Below, piece by piece: positions 26,679 to 35,839 of a DNA stretch of 64,000 nt. The DNA is taken from IMG/VR virus record IMGVR_UViG_3300037047_000246. One strand, 5' to 3'. A program made the translations under genes and the position numbers. The notes under the pieces were generated by a model. The model worked only from the letters and a program-made list of their open reading frames with translations, was not told where the DNA came from and made no database searches. The stretch is from a virus (lineage: Duplodnaviria > Caudoviricetes). How positions within the stretch are numbered: position 1 is the stretch's first letter; each line of letters starts with the position of its first letter.

Positions 26679-28514
26679 TCACCTCCGGTGGCTCGCTACT
26701 GGCAGCAGCGGGCGATCGCCGCCGCCCGCTGCGGGCGGCTCCCAGACCCAGCGCTTTTTGCCCAAATCCCAGATTCTGGAGTAACCTTGGGCTTCCCTGA
26801 GCTCGACTTCAGTTTTGCCTGTCTGCTTCTCTGCAGCGGTTTTGCGCAGCCCGGATTTGTGGTGCCTCTTTCCGCCTTTCACCCAGTAGTAGTCCGGCTT
26901 CAGTTCGCCGTCCAGCCTGAATCCGATCTTGCCGTACACGCGGCCGTCGAACAGCCGATTGTCGGAGAAAGACACCACAGACCGTGGCGAACGGTCGACT
27001 GCGAACATTTGCATAACCTTGGACCACACCCCATGTACTCGAAAGCCTGGATGAGCGGACATTCGAACGAGTTCCCAGTCATGCTTGGACTGGCGCGTGG
27101 GGCGCTTAAACGAGCAGCAAGCGATCATTTTTTGGTTGTAGAACACGCCGTAGTTCTCGACAGATTTCGTCTGTCCTATGTAGTGATGCTGCTCGTAGAA
27201 CTTGTCTGCGGCAGTCCTGTCCACAGAGCGAATTTCGCATTCGGACGGCCTGAGCGGCGCTGGCCGGTTCGCTCCGAGCCGGTTTCGCAGCAAATTCTCC
27301 ATCTTGGAGCGGCCAGCCGTCCACTCGTCCTCAAAAATCATGATAAAGTCGCATCCTGACGCAGCGGCGTTGGCATGCTTCTCGGCGTCTCTCTTTCTTG
27401 AGTCCTTGCGCGAATGCCACTTCAGGCCGTTGAACTCGATCGCCAGGTTCTTGGGCGGAACCCAGATGTCGTAAGTCAGATTCCCTACTTTATGCTCCAG
27501 CTCTGCTTCGACGCCGAGGCTCTGGATAAATGCGAATACTTCGTTTTGGCCTCCAGACACCCGCGACGTCGAGCAGCCGCAGGTCAAGGACTTGCCGAGC
27601 CGAATTCCGCTCCATCTAGGGTAGTATTCGCCCGAGCACAACCTACACCGAGCGCGGAACGGCTTGCTTGCGTTTGAAATCGTCTCAAGAGCTACCGGGC
27701 ACCAGTCCGGAAGCTGCTCCGGAGAGATAGGAGCCCGTAGCTTTCGGATTTCGTCTTTGCCTGATTCCCACTTCAGTCTGCAGGACAGGTAGCACCGGCC
27801 GCACGACCTCGCTTTGCCCCGCGTGACGGCGAACACCTTTGAAAAAATTTCTCTGCCGCAATCGCATCGCCACCAGACTTTTTTGTTCGAGTTGGCTTTG
27901 ACGATTTGCGGATCGCGCATTTGCAAGCGACCGAACTTCTTGCCGGCCAAAGACTCAGCCGACAGTTCGTTGCACCGGCCGCAGGTGCCGATTGTACCTT
28001 GCAGCACGTATCTGGCCTGAGCTTCTGTGGTCCGGCCGCAGTCGCACCGCCATGTCAGCTTCCTGTGCGATTCCGGAGCAATGTGCGCCAGGCCCTTTGC
28101 ATCTGCCAGGCATAACTTTCCAAACTTCTTGCCGGATATTTGAACGATAGGCATGTCGCGGCAGTGTCCGCACGTCCTGTCGCGTCCGACGACGTCAAAA
28201 ACGCGGGCGGCGACCTCGCCGCCGCAGTCGCACACCCACTGAACCTTCTTGGCCGACCCTGCGGTGACGGTCGCGGGAGTCTTCATGCGCAGCGACCCGA
28301 ACCGACGCCCGGCCATGTCCCTGGTCGAGATTTCGTTGCACCGGCCGCAGGATCGGGTCCGCCCTTTCAACACGTTGCCGACCAATTTTGTCGCGGTTCT
28401 GCCGCAATCGCATCGCCAACGGGCCTTGGTTCGCCATCCGAATGGGCCTGGGTCTAACAGAATCAGTTTGCCAATGCGCGCATCCTGATGTAAACACTCG
28501 ATTTTGGCTTCCAT
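26679..28514 (-). CDS. Hef-like homing endonuclease with tandem Zn-ribbon repeats
   Basis: repeated GKKFGxL..W.CDCG..xCGxC units; YDIWVP..AIEFNGLKWH nuclease motif; C-terminal ELVRM..YYWV..IWDLGKKRW. Confidence 0.75.
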   Translation of the reverse strand: MEAKIECLHQDARIGKLILLDPGPFGWRTKARWRCDCGRTATKLVGNVLKGRTRSCGRCNEISTRDMAGRRFGSLRMKTPATVTAGSAKKVQWVCDCGGEVAARVFDVVGRDRTCGHCRDMPIVQISGKKFGKLCLADAKGLAHIAPESHRKLTWRCDCGRTTEAQARYVLQGTIGTCGRCNELSAESLAGKKFGRLQMRDPQIVKANSNKKVWWRCDCGREIFSKVFAVTRGKARSCGRCYLSCRLKWESGKDEIRKLRAPISPEQLPDWCPVALETISNASKPFRARCRLCSGEYYPRWSGIRLGKSLTCGCSTSRVSGGQNEVFAFIQSLGVEAELEHKVGNLTYDIWVPPKNLAIEFNGLKWHSRKDSRKRDAEKHANAAASGCDFIMIFEDEWTAGRSKMENLLRNRLGANRPAPLRPSECEIRSVDRTAADKFYEQHHYIGQTKSVENYGVFYNQKMIACCSFKRPTRQSKHDWELVRMSAHPGFRVHGVWSKVMQMFAVDRSPRSVVSFSDNRLFDGRVYGKIGFRLDGELKPDYYWVKGGKRHHKSGLRKTAAEKQTGKTEVELREAQGYSRIWDLGKKRWVWEPPAAGGGDRPLLPVASHRR

Positions 28515-28658
28515 ACCATCAAACGTACAATTAAAAACCAACGACGGGATAACATACAGTCGCGGAGCCACTCTCAATGGTTTACACCGGGCCGTTCTGA
28601 ATTCAGGCTTATTGGAGGAAACGGAGGAGGGGATCTGGCGGTATTGCTGAACCGGTGC

Positions 28659-29765
28659 TCAGTCGTTGAGGCTCTTGCGGATCTTGACGTAGACAGACAT
28701 CAGCTCCTGCACCCGGGTGAGCTTCCAGTCCTGGATGATCTTCATCGACAGGACCGACTTGACCGCGCCGATCGCGAACTCGGACGGGATGTCGTTCATC
28801 CACCCGAAGACGTTCTTGGTGATCTTCATGATCTTTTCGTCCTGCTTGGCCCGATCGGTGCCGGACGGTGCTTCGCGGCCGAGCTTGGCGATTTCGCCGC
28901 AGCCCGCGATGGCGCAAACCATGATGCGGTCCACGGTCATGCCGTCGATGTTGGGCTTGACGCCTTCCCGGACCAGCTTGTTGATGATGGGTTCGACATG
29001 CCGGTAGTGGTCGAGCCATACTCGAAACTTGACCGCTGCCGCCTGCCCGACGCGCCCAGCCACCAGCATCGTCTGGAAGTCCACAGACTCCTTCGCCGCC
29101 AGGTTCAGATCGCGAGCGGCCTGGGTCCAGGCGCGGGGCGAGGGGTGGCTGTAGGCGGTGTCGTCGCCCTCGGGCGGCGGCATCAGCAGGTATTCCTGGT
29201 TCTTGCTCAGGAAGCCCACGACCAGGCCGTTGATGCCGGAGTCCGTGGCCCACTGCTGCCAGGGGTCGAAGCTGGACTCCACCTTGTAGACCATGCAGCG
29301 GTTGGTCAGGGCGTGCGACACCGGGAGGCTGAATGCGCCCTCCTCGGGCAAGTTGCCCGTGGCGATGATGCTGTGGATGTCGAGCGCCCGGCCGTTGATG
29401 CTCCGGAACTGGAACAGCTCCAGCATCGGGTTCTGCAGCTCCGGCTTGGCCTTGTCGATCTCGTCCACGATGAGGACCACGCCCTGGGGCCGCGTGCCCT
29501 TGATGGGCAAGAACTTGGGGGTGGCGTACTCCGAGAGCTTGGTCTCGGAGTCGATCATCGGCAGGCCCATCAGGTCGGGGGCCTCGAGCACGGACAGGTT
29601 CAGGTAGACCTGCTCCCGGCCCTTGGACTGCGCGGCCTGTATTGCGCACTCCGTCTTCCCCACTCCAGCGTTGCCGAAGATGATGACGTTCCCGCCCGCC
29701 TCGATCGAGAAGCGGTAGATGGTCATCATTGTGGCCTGGTCGATGCTGTGTACGCCGGTAAGCAT
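28659..29765 (-). CDS. MoxR-like AAA+ ATPase
   Basis: Walker A GNAGVGKT, Walker B LIVDEID, IIATGN, ALTNR. Confidence 0.9.
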   Translation of the reverse strand: MLTGVHSIDQATMMTIYRFSIEAGGNVIIFGNAGVGKTECAIQAAQSKGREQVYLNLSVLEAPDLMGLPMIDSETKLSEYATPKFLPIKGTRPQGVVLIVDEIDKAKPELQNPMLELFQFRSINGRALDIHSIIATGNLPEEGAFSLPVSHALTNRCMVYKVESSFDPWQQWATDSGINGLVVGFLSKNQEYLLMPPPEGDDTAYSHPSPRAWTQAARDLNLAAKESVDFQTMLVAGRVGQAAAVKFRVWLDHYRHVEPIINKLVREGVKPNIDGMTVDRIMVCAIAGCGEIAKLGREAPSGTDRAKQDEKIMKITKNVFGWMNDIPSEFAIGAVKSVLSMKIIQDWKLTRVQELMSVYVKIRKSLND

Positions 29766-29769
29766 TCTG

Positions 29770-29856
29770 TCACCTCATTGGGTTGGTTGTCTGTCGGGGC
29801 TCCATCGCCCCATCCGCCGATACGCGGCACGGCGGCGCGCCTCCGCCACCTTTTGA
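29770..29856 (-). promoter_or_regulatory. CGTAT variant element with C/A-rich leader
   Basis: TCAAAA-N26-CGTATC; CAGACAACCAACCCA; GAGGTGA. Confidence 0.5.
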
Positions 29857-29871
29857 GCAGTACGGTACCAC

Positions 29872-30597
29872 ATGAAACCGAGATGGTGCAGCGAACATGC
29901 GATGGAGTTCAAACAGTTTGGGCCTCGAAGCTTCCAGTGCCCCGAGTGTTACAATCGGAAGAGGCGAGCGCGCTACGCTGTCCGCAAGGACAGTTTGCGC
30001 GCGGTCCAAACAAGGGACCGCGCTCGGCGCGCGGCTTCTGGCAAAACGCGAGCTTGGCGCGTGGCTTACCACGAGAAGCTGAAGTGCGAAACCTTCTCGC
30101 ACTACGGCAGCAAGTGTCCTTGCGGCGAAACCAGGCTGAGTCGCCTGGCGCTCGATCATGTTCGAGACGACGGGCATGCGCACCGTGTCAAGACTCGCCT
30201 GAGCGGCTGCAAATTGTACTCCTGGCTCAGGATGCACAACTGGCCTGGAGGCTACAAGGTACTTTGTCACAATTGCAACATTCTGAAGCGCGCTGCTCGG
30301 TATGGCAGCCGTGAGCAAACACGTCGCGCTGCCATTAGACTTGCGCGAGAAGCGCGAGTCAAGCTGCAAGTCATCACACATTACGGCGAGAGTAGAGCGG
30401 CTTGCGTGCGCTGCGGATACGACAGGCTCGAAGCCCTCACCATCGATCACGTTGGCAATGATGGACACCTGACTCGCGGTCAAATGTCGCCTGGATACCA
30501 ATTTTATGCTGCGTTGGCCCGGCAGGGATATCCGGACGGATACCAGACGCTGTGCTTTTGCTGCAACATGGAAAAGGAAATATTGCTGCATAGATGA
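29872..30597 (+). CDS. endonuclease with two tandem HNH-like domains
   Basis: CPCGE..LALDHV..VLCHNCN and CVRCG..LTIDHV..TLCFCCN. Confidence 0.8.
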   Translation: MKPRWCSEHAMEFKQFGPRSFQCPECYNRKRRARYAVRKDSLRAVQTRDRARRAASGKTRAWRVAYHEKLKCETFSHYGSKCPCGETRLSRLALDHVRDDGHAHRVKTRLSGCKLYSWLRMHNWPGGYKVLCHNCNILKRAARYGSREQTRRAAIRLAREARVKLQVITHYGESRAACVRCGYDRLEALTIDHVGNDGHLTRGQMSPGYQFYAALARQGYPDGYQTLCFCCNMEKEILLHR

Positions 30598-30691
30598 GGG
30601 TATGCGGCGGGCGACTGCGCTGCCGCTGCCTTTTGAGCGTAATCTTTGGGCTGCTCCGGCCTTTGATCGCGCGACGCGCGCGATCCGCTCT

Positions 30692-30742
30692 TCGAAGAGG
30701 ACGGGAAGTCCGGCCGCCCGCCGCGTACCGAACGGTGAGGTG
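30692..30742 (+). promoter_or_regulatory. bipartite promoter-like element
   Basis: TCGAAG-N26-CGTACCG...GAGGTGA. Confidence 0.7.
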
Positions 30743-30747
30743 ATCTC

Positions 30748-30990
30748 GTGAGATTGCAAGGACACGATTGGGAGCGCATGGAATGGGCGGGGTTCACGGA
30801 CGCCAACCCGTGGGATCGCGACGCGCAGCGCCAGTTTCTGTACATCTGGAGATGTAACGACTGCAAGGCCGTGGTCAAAGCCACCGAATCGTGCGGAATG
30901 CCGGGCCGGTTGGTTCTCGTGTGCGCCGGGCTGCCTGCCGGGTTGACTTGCGAGCAGTCGGCAGCGCTGAGAGACGTTCATTTGAGCTGA
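30748..30990 (+). CDS. small Cys-rich protein, tag (..SAALRDVHLS)
   Basis: CNDC; SD; tag. Confidence 0.7.
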   Translation: MRLQGHDWERMEWAGFTDANPWDRDAQRQFLYIWRCNDCKAVVKATESCGMPGRLVLVCAGLPAGLTCEQSAALRDVHLS

Positions 30991-31216
30991 CAGGAGGCAA
31001 CCTGTGCCGAAGTGCATGGCGGAAAACGACGACTCCAGCTGCAGCAACGAGGCGACTGTTTTCGGCGCACTGGGGCGGTCAAATCCTTTGCTTCTGTGCT
31101 GATGCGACGAGCACTGGGTGCACTGCCTTCCAGGCGAGCGCCGCATGGACCAGGACGAGTGGCTTGGTTTGCAGGCTTTGCAAGAGGTGCACCGCATTTG
31201 AGTAGCGCCCTGGCCC

Positions 31217-31269
31217 GCAAAAGCAGGCGGAGCTGCTCCGCCCGATCGCGTATTGGGCAGCGGAGGTGA
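31217..31269 (+). promoter_or_regulatory. CGTAT variant element with inverted-repeat spacer
   Basis: GGCGGAGC-T-GCTCCGCC; CGTATTG...GGAGGTGA. Confidence 0.55.
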
Positions 31270-31274
31270 CGGAC

Positions 31275-31895
31275 ATGGCAGAGTCGAGCTATGCGAAAGT
31301 CAGCAGGCTCATCGCAGAGACAGCGGCTGGCAGGGCTATGTTTGCTCGGGCGCGCGAGCGCCTCGTGACGCTCAATGTGTCCGGCGTGAGGTTCAAGCTG
31401 CAAACAGCGAGAAGCGTCGGCGACAAGGCCGTCGCCTTGCCGATGGCCGTAGTGTCCCACTGCGACGGAGAATACGGCAGCACGCACAACGGGCAAATTT
31501 GGATGGCCGGCTCTAGCTTTTTGAGCAGCCAGGAGTGCCACGACCTTGTGCGCGCCGCGTTCGGCGTGACGGTCAAGACGTACTTCATCGACAAAGGGGT
31601 GCTCGTCGGCAACAAACACCGCAAGAACACCGCGAGCTTCTACGAGTATGCGGCGGGCATGTTCGAGAAGGAGTATGCCGCAGAGATGCAGGCGGCCCAG
31701 GGTCGGCTCCTGAAGCAAACGCAAGAACTGCTGGAATCGAGCGAGACGGTCAGGCTTGGCGAGGAGTTTCTCGCGCAGCATGCGGTGGCAGACATCAAGC
31801 TCGCTCTGGCCGCATACGCGCACCTCGGCAAAGACATCCTGAAGCAAGCGATACAGGAGTATATCGTGGACGACGTTTTTGAGTTCGATTCTTGA
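31275..31895 (+). CDS. hypothetical, tag-like end with 3-aa extension (..EYIVDDVFEFDS)
   Basis: GGAGGTGA SD. Confidence 0.8.
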   Translation: MAESSYAKVSRLIAETAAGRAMFARARERLVTLNVSGVRFKLQTARSVGDKAVALPMAVVSHCDGEYGSTHNGQIWMAGSSFLSSQECHDLVRAAFGVTVKTYFIDKGVLVGNKHRKNTASFYEYAAGMFEKEYAAEMQAAQGRLLKQTQELLESSETVRLGEEFLAQHAVADIKLALAAYAHLGKDILKQAIQEYIVDDVFEFDS

Positions 31896-31905
31896 CTGGA
31901 ACAAA

Positions 31906-32190
31906 ATGATGCAAACGATTGCAATCGTGCTGATATTGGCGTTCGTAGCGGCGTCAGTATTCGCGTCCTGGTGGGTGCTCGCTGCCATGGTGGAGCGTGC
32001 GGAGCAGCGACTGGAAAAACGCATCCAACGGCTCGAAGCCGCCATCATCGACCAGGTCATGGAAGACGAGGTTGCCGTCCGAGCCATGGTGGCGGAGCGT
32101 GTGATGCAGACGTACCTGGAGCTCTACAACAGCGGCATGTTGTGGTCTCAGGCCATGGATGAGGCTCGCAAACTATGGAAGGTCGAGTGA
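31906..32190 (+). CDS. membrane-anchored protein with internal tag-like motifs
   Basis: hydrophobic N-terminus; AAIIDQVMED and MVAERVMQT. Confidence 0.7.
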   Translation: MMQTIAIVLILAFVAASVFASWWVLAAMVERAEQRLEKRIQRLEAAIIDQVMEDEVAVRAMVAERVMQTYLELYNSGMLWSQAMDEARKLWKVE

Positions 32191-32402
32191 TGGCCAAGAA
32201 GCGAGACATCGGGGAAGCTTCTGCGGTCCAGTTGCTGGATCGCCAGAACCGGGACTTGTTCGAAGTCGCTCGCGAAAGAGACCTTCTGCTTGGGCTGCTG
32301 AACGACTGGGCAGACTGGCGGCGAGGCCAGTGCGACCTCAGCCAGGCCTCGCCAGAGGAGCTGGCGCTACTGGCCTTGTGCAAGCGAGGCGAGCGTGGCT
32401 AG
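32190..32402 (+). CDS. small hypothetical
   Basis: coupled start. Confidence 0.6.
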   Translation: MAKKRDIGEASAVQLLDRQNRDLFEVARERDLLLGLLNDWADWRRGQCDLSQASPEELALLALCKRGERG

Positions 32403-32775
32403 GCGAGGCAGTTGGGCACGTTCGATGACGGTGGAGCTGGTCATTTCGAGGTGGGTCAATAGAGACACCGGGGAAGCCCAACTCCACGAGCCTGACTTGA
32501 CCGAGGAACAGGAGCGAGCGGAGGCGCTTGCCGAGGTGCACGAGCAAGACCCGCTGTGGTCCGAAAAGGAGTTCATTTGTGAAGTCTCGGGCACAGCCTC
32601 GTCGGAGCCGGACACTCAGTGGGAGCCGGGAGGGCTGGACTTCGAGGTGACGGCATTCCGGTGCGAATGCTCCGGCGTGGCGAAGTTCGAGGACTTGACT
32701 GCCGAAGAGCAGCGCGACGCCAAGGAGCGCATTTGCGAAAGCGAGTGGGATTGCGACGACTACGAGCCTGGGTGA
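32395..32775 (+). CDS. acidic hypothetical protein
   Basis: coupled GTG start. Confidence 0.6.
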   Translation: MARRGSWARSMTVELVISRWVNRDTGEAQLHEPDLTEEQERAEALAEVHEQDPLWSEKEFICEVSGTASSEPDTQWEPGGLDFEVTAFRCECSGVAKFEDLTAEEQRDAKERICESEWDCDDYEPG

Positions 32776-32809
32776 CGACGTCACCAAAGACACAGAAGAC
32801 ACAGAAGAC

Positions 32810-33214
32810 TCAGTCTCCAAAGACCCAGTACTCGATTTTCTCAGAATTGGTCGGGGAGACCAGCACCGTGACGGCTGCCTCGGTCAGCGGGCTGACGCCG
32901 GTGGACGCGTCCACCGGACACTCGTACGACATCTTGCCGCCAGGCGGCAACGTGATCGGATCGGCCGAGCCGTTCAGGGCCACGTCGATGTCCGAGGTCA
33001 TCAGGTTTTTAATGGTCATGTGCTTGGCTTTGCTGACCGAGCCAAACGGAATCTGGAACACCGTCAAAGGAGGCGTGGCCGGCGGCACGCCGATGGTGCC
33101 TACGTTTTGCTCGTTGTAGCTCGCCTGCTGCACGAAGGCGCTCTGACCGGAGTTGACTGCTGCCGAGGGAGGGGTCCACTGCAGCGTGCTGGTGCTGACG
33201 ACCGTGTGTGCCAT
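32810..33214 (-). CDS. lone reverse-strand beta-rich protein (possible virion component)
   Basis: T/S/P/V-rich composition; inverted within + block. Confidence 0.7.
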   Translation of the reverse strand: MAHTVVSTSTLQWTPPSAAVNSGQSAFVQQASYNEQNVGTIGVPPATPPLTVFQIPFGSVSKAKHMTIKNLMTSDIDVALNGSADPITLPPGGKMSYECPVDASTGVSPLTEAAVTVLVSPTNSEKIEYWVFGD

Positions 33215-33299
33215 AACCCAGCCGGCGGCAAAAGGAGCCTATCGCGCGCCATCGGCGATTAGGCCGCGCGGCGCGTACTGGGCCGGGGAGGTGATCCGC

Positions 33300-33565
33300 A
33301 TGAAGTTTTCCGAAATGACGCTGGAGCAACTGATTTGTAAGCGCGATCGACTGAACCGAGAAATCGATCGGCGAATGCGCCTGCGCATTCGCCAGCCGGC
33401 CGCGCCATTAAGTATATCAAAAATCTGCCGAATCGATTTGTTGTTTTGTCGGACTGCTTCGATCTGCACTTGCTCGGACGGTCGCTTGATGTGCTGAATC
33501 AAGCTGTCATGTTTGACTGGAGAAATTTCTGCAAAGCCTAGCGATAAAACTGGTGCAAAATTCAT
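33300..33565 (+). pseudogene. truncated gene interrupted by an inverted DUF4116-like repeat fragment
   Basis: MKFSEMTLEQLICKRDRL.. on +; IQHIKRPSEQVQIEAVRQN on -. Confidence 0.6.
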
Positions 33566-33598
33566 GAGGCACCAGCTTTATCGAACCAGGAGGAACTG

Positions 33599-33985
33599 AT
33601 GTCGTTCGTGAGAGCACTTGAAATGGACGAGGTGAAGTTCGAACTTGCGGCAGAGCAAGAGCTGGAAAGTCTGGAGAAAGCCTTCGACGTCCCGGAGCAG
33701 CTGCGATGGGTGCGGGAGCAGCTCGCCTCAGGCAACTGTTGGGCCTGGTGCACCGCAGTGCTCCGGGCCAGGTGGGGCCCGTTTGTGGGGGAAGCCTGTC
33801 TTGGCGGCTGCTCGTATGAGTCAGAGGAGAAGTTTTTGGAGGACTCGTGCTACTACGACGGCATGGCGGTGGACGCCCTGAACGACTTGCAGAACAAGGT
33901 CGAGCAAGCGGCCGGGGCGCTCGAGCCGCTTATGACGCGAGAATCGGTCGACGAGTGGTTCGTCCGCCGGGTGCAGGAGGACTGA
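33599..33985 (+). CDS. hypothetical phage protein, tag (..EWFVRRVQED)
   Basis: WAWC..LGGCSY; tag; possible 5' frameshift near 33586. Confidence 0.8.
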   Translation: MSFVRALEMDEVKFELAAEQELESLEKAFDVPEQLRWVREQLASGNCWAWCTAVLRARWGPFVGEACLGGCSYESEEKFLEDSCYYDGMAVDALNDLQNKVEQAAGALEPLMTRESVDEWFVRRVQED

Positions 33986-33987
33986 TT

Positions 33988-34039
33988 CTGAAGATCGCCG
34001 GAGCTGCGCGCCCGCTGCGCGTACTGGACCAGGAGGTGA
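33988..34039 (+). promoter_or_regulatory. bipartite promoter-like element
   Basis: CTGAAG-N26-CGTACTG...GGAGGTGA. Confidence 0.7.
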
Positions 34040-34044
34040 CCCGC

Positions 34045-34440
34045 ATGGCGAAATTCGTAGAGGTTCCCGCAGCAGCAATCGAACAACCCTTGCAAGCGCT
34101 AGGGTTCCGCCGCGTGTGCACGCACGGCCAGGTCGTGTACATCAAAGAGCACGACTGCTGCCGCAACGTGCTGGTCAAAGTGTACACTTCGATCCCGTAC
34201 TCTTTGGTTGCTCCGGCGGGCGCCGAAGCCGTCCGCCGAGCGGGAAAGGACTCCATCCGGGTGTGTTGCGCCTACGAGAGCTCGGTCAAGAACTTCGGCA
34301 TTGGCAAGTTCCCTTACATCGCCCGGGTGGGCACGGTCGAAGGCGTCGTGCAGCGCATGCTTGAAACCGTCAAGGCGGCATGGGTACGCGGCCAGGATTG
34401 GTTCGACGGCGTCCAGGTCAAGCAGGTGATGAGCGCATGA
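34045..34440 (+). CDS. hypothetical, tag (..GVQVKQVMSA)
   Basis: SD; tag. Confidence 0.8.
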   Translation: MAKFVEVPAAAIEQPLQALGFRRVCTHGQVVYIKEHDCCRNVLVKVYTSIPYSLVAPAGAEAVRRAGKDSIRVCCAYESSVKNFGIGKFPYIARVGTVEGVVQRMLETVKAAWVRGQDWFDGVQVKQVMSA

Positions 34441-34676
34441 GCCCGCCCAGCCTGCCCTCGCCCCACAAGGGCTCCGTCGACCGATGCGACGCCATTGTCG
34501 ACGTGGACGGCACATCCGTCGTCGCGCGCTGCGGCGCACCTCCGATGCAGTGGCTGCGCATTGGCCTCAACCTGTACTGCAGGTGTTCCCGCCACATCAT
34601 CGACCGCACAGGCAAGCCCATGATCAAGGTCCTGACCTACGAGGAGGCGCTCGTGCTGAGCGTCCAGGAGAGCTGA
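34437..34676 (+). CDS. small Cys/His putative Zn-binding protein, tag (..EALVLSVQES)
   Basis: C..CGAPP..CRCSRH. Confidence 0.75.
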   Translation: MSPPSLPSPHKGSVDRCDAIVDVDGTSVVARCGAPPMQWLRIGLNLYCRCSRHIIDRTGKPMIKVLTYEEALVLSVQES

Positions 34677-34678
34677 CG

Positions 34679-34891
34679 ATGGACGTGAACCGCTGCAACC
34701 ACATTGACTGCGGCGTTCCAGCTGTGCAGTGGATATTCTGCGGCGCTCCAGCTGTGCAGTGGACATTTTTGACCGGAGCTGACGTGCTTTTTTGCCTGTG
34801 CTGCAGCCACACCATGGACAACATGTCCGACAGGTGGAAAAACCTAACTCATGAAGAAGCGCTGGTTTTGTCAGTGCAGGAGGACTTGTGA
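34679..34891 (+). CDS. small Cys/His putative Zn-binding protein, tag (..EALVLSVQEDL)
   Basis: CNHIDCGVPAVQW..CLCCSH. Confidence 0.75.
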   Translation: MDVNRCNHIDCGVPAVQWIFCGAPAVQWTFLTGADVLFCLCCSHTMDNMSDRWKNLTHEEALVLSVQEDL

Positions 34892-35481
34892 TCATCACGC
34901 AGGCCGACATCGACGCCGGGAAAGTCAAAGATGCCATACGCCATATGCCCAGCGTCACCAGAGAGGTGGGAGCAGCCGCGCGCAAGCTGGCCGGGCAAGC
35001 CCAAGTGAGCTCGGACTTGAGAACGTACGGAGGCGCAGTGCACGTCCGTGTCCGCATCAAGCTGGCTGGCTCGAACGAGTATGCGCACTGGTTTGAGGAT
35101 GAGCAAGATCTGCGAGACTGCAAGCACATCGTGTGCATCGTGCTTGGGCTGCACTACAAGATGGGCATTGTGCCAGATGAGTTGTTCGATCCGAATGTGG
35201 ACTGGAAAACAGCAGGAGACGCTCTTGCTGGAGCCATGTACGAGCTTGTGTACGACGTCGCTCAGCCGGATGTGGACCGGCTACACGGCCGGGTGCTTCG
35301 GCTGCTCGACAAGCGATCCAAGACAGTGCCGGAGATGTCGAAGCGAGCCCGCGCCGCCTGGGTCAAGGAGGTGATGGACGACGTCCGCGACAAGCTGCGC
35401 CTGGTGCGAGCCGAGGTGCAGGAGCAGGACGTCGTGGACTTGTGGCGCGAGGTGTTGTGCGAGGAGACTCAAGACAGCTGA
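34888..35481 (+). CDS. hypothetical, extended tag (..DVVDLWREVLCEETQDS)
   Basis: GTGA overlap; tag. Confidence 0.8.
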   Translation: MIITQADIDAGKVKDAIRHMPSVTREVGAAARKLAGQAQVSSDLRTYGGAVHVRVRIKLAGSNEYAHWFEDEQDLRDCKHIVCIVLGLHYKMGIVPDELFDPNVDWKTAGDALAGAMYELVYDVAQPDVDRLHGRVLRLLDKRSKTVPEMSKRARAAWVKEVMDDVRDKLRLVRAEVQEQDVVDLWREVLCEETQDS

Positions 35482-35495
35482 GGAGGGCGACAAAA

Positions 35496-35717
35496 ATGGG
35501 AACCTTTGACTGCTCTTGGTGCGGCAGCCCGGCAACGCAGTTCGTGGTGCAGGGCCTGCGCATCGTCTGGCACCGGTGCGAGCGCCACAAGTTGGAAAGG
35601 TCGCTGTCTGGCTCCGGCTGCACGGGAGGGACAAGCGGCTATATCGGCGGAGCAGTTTTCACGAACGAGCAAGATGCGCTGAACTTCATCTACGTCCGGC
35701 GCGTTCAAGAGGGCTAG
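35496..35717 (+). CDS. small Cys/His putative Zn-binding protein, tag (..FIYVRRVQEG)
   Basis: CSWCGSPATQF..RCERH. Confidence 0.75.
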   Translation: MGTFDCSWCGSPATQFVVQGLRIVWHRCERHKLERSLSGSGCTGGTSGYIGGAVFTNEQDALNFIYVRRVQEG

Positions 35718-35769
35718 TCATAGCCCGGCGGAACTGCGCGCGACTCGTGCGTACCGGACTGCGGAGGTG
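35718..35769 (+). promoter_or_regulatory. CGTAC-class element
   Basis: CGTACCG...GGAGGTGA; upstream box weak. Confidence 0.55.
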
Positions 35770-35839
35770 ACGGTATGCCGAAGACGAAGCTGACTGAATT
35801 CCGTCTCTCCGACGAGGATCAGGACGAGGAGGTGACAGT

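Noticed and set aside
14941-28514. Group I introns around the endonucleases
   Set aside because: Flanking genes are not split and each endonuclease appears free-standing.
23526-30314. Long plus-strand ORFs 23526-25172 and 28644-30314
   Set aside because: Antisense shadows of the vWA and MoxR genes.
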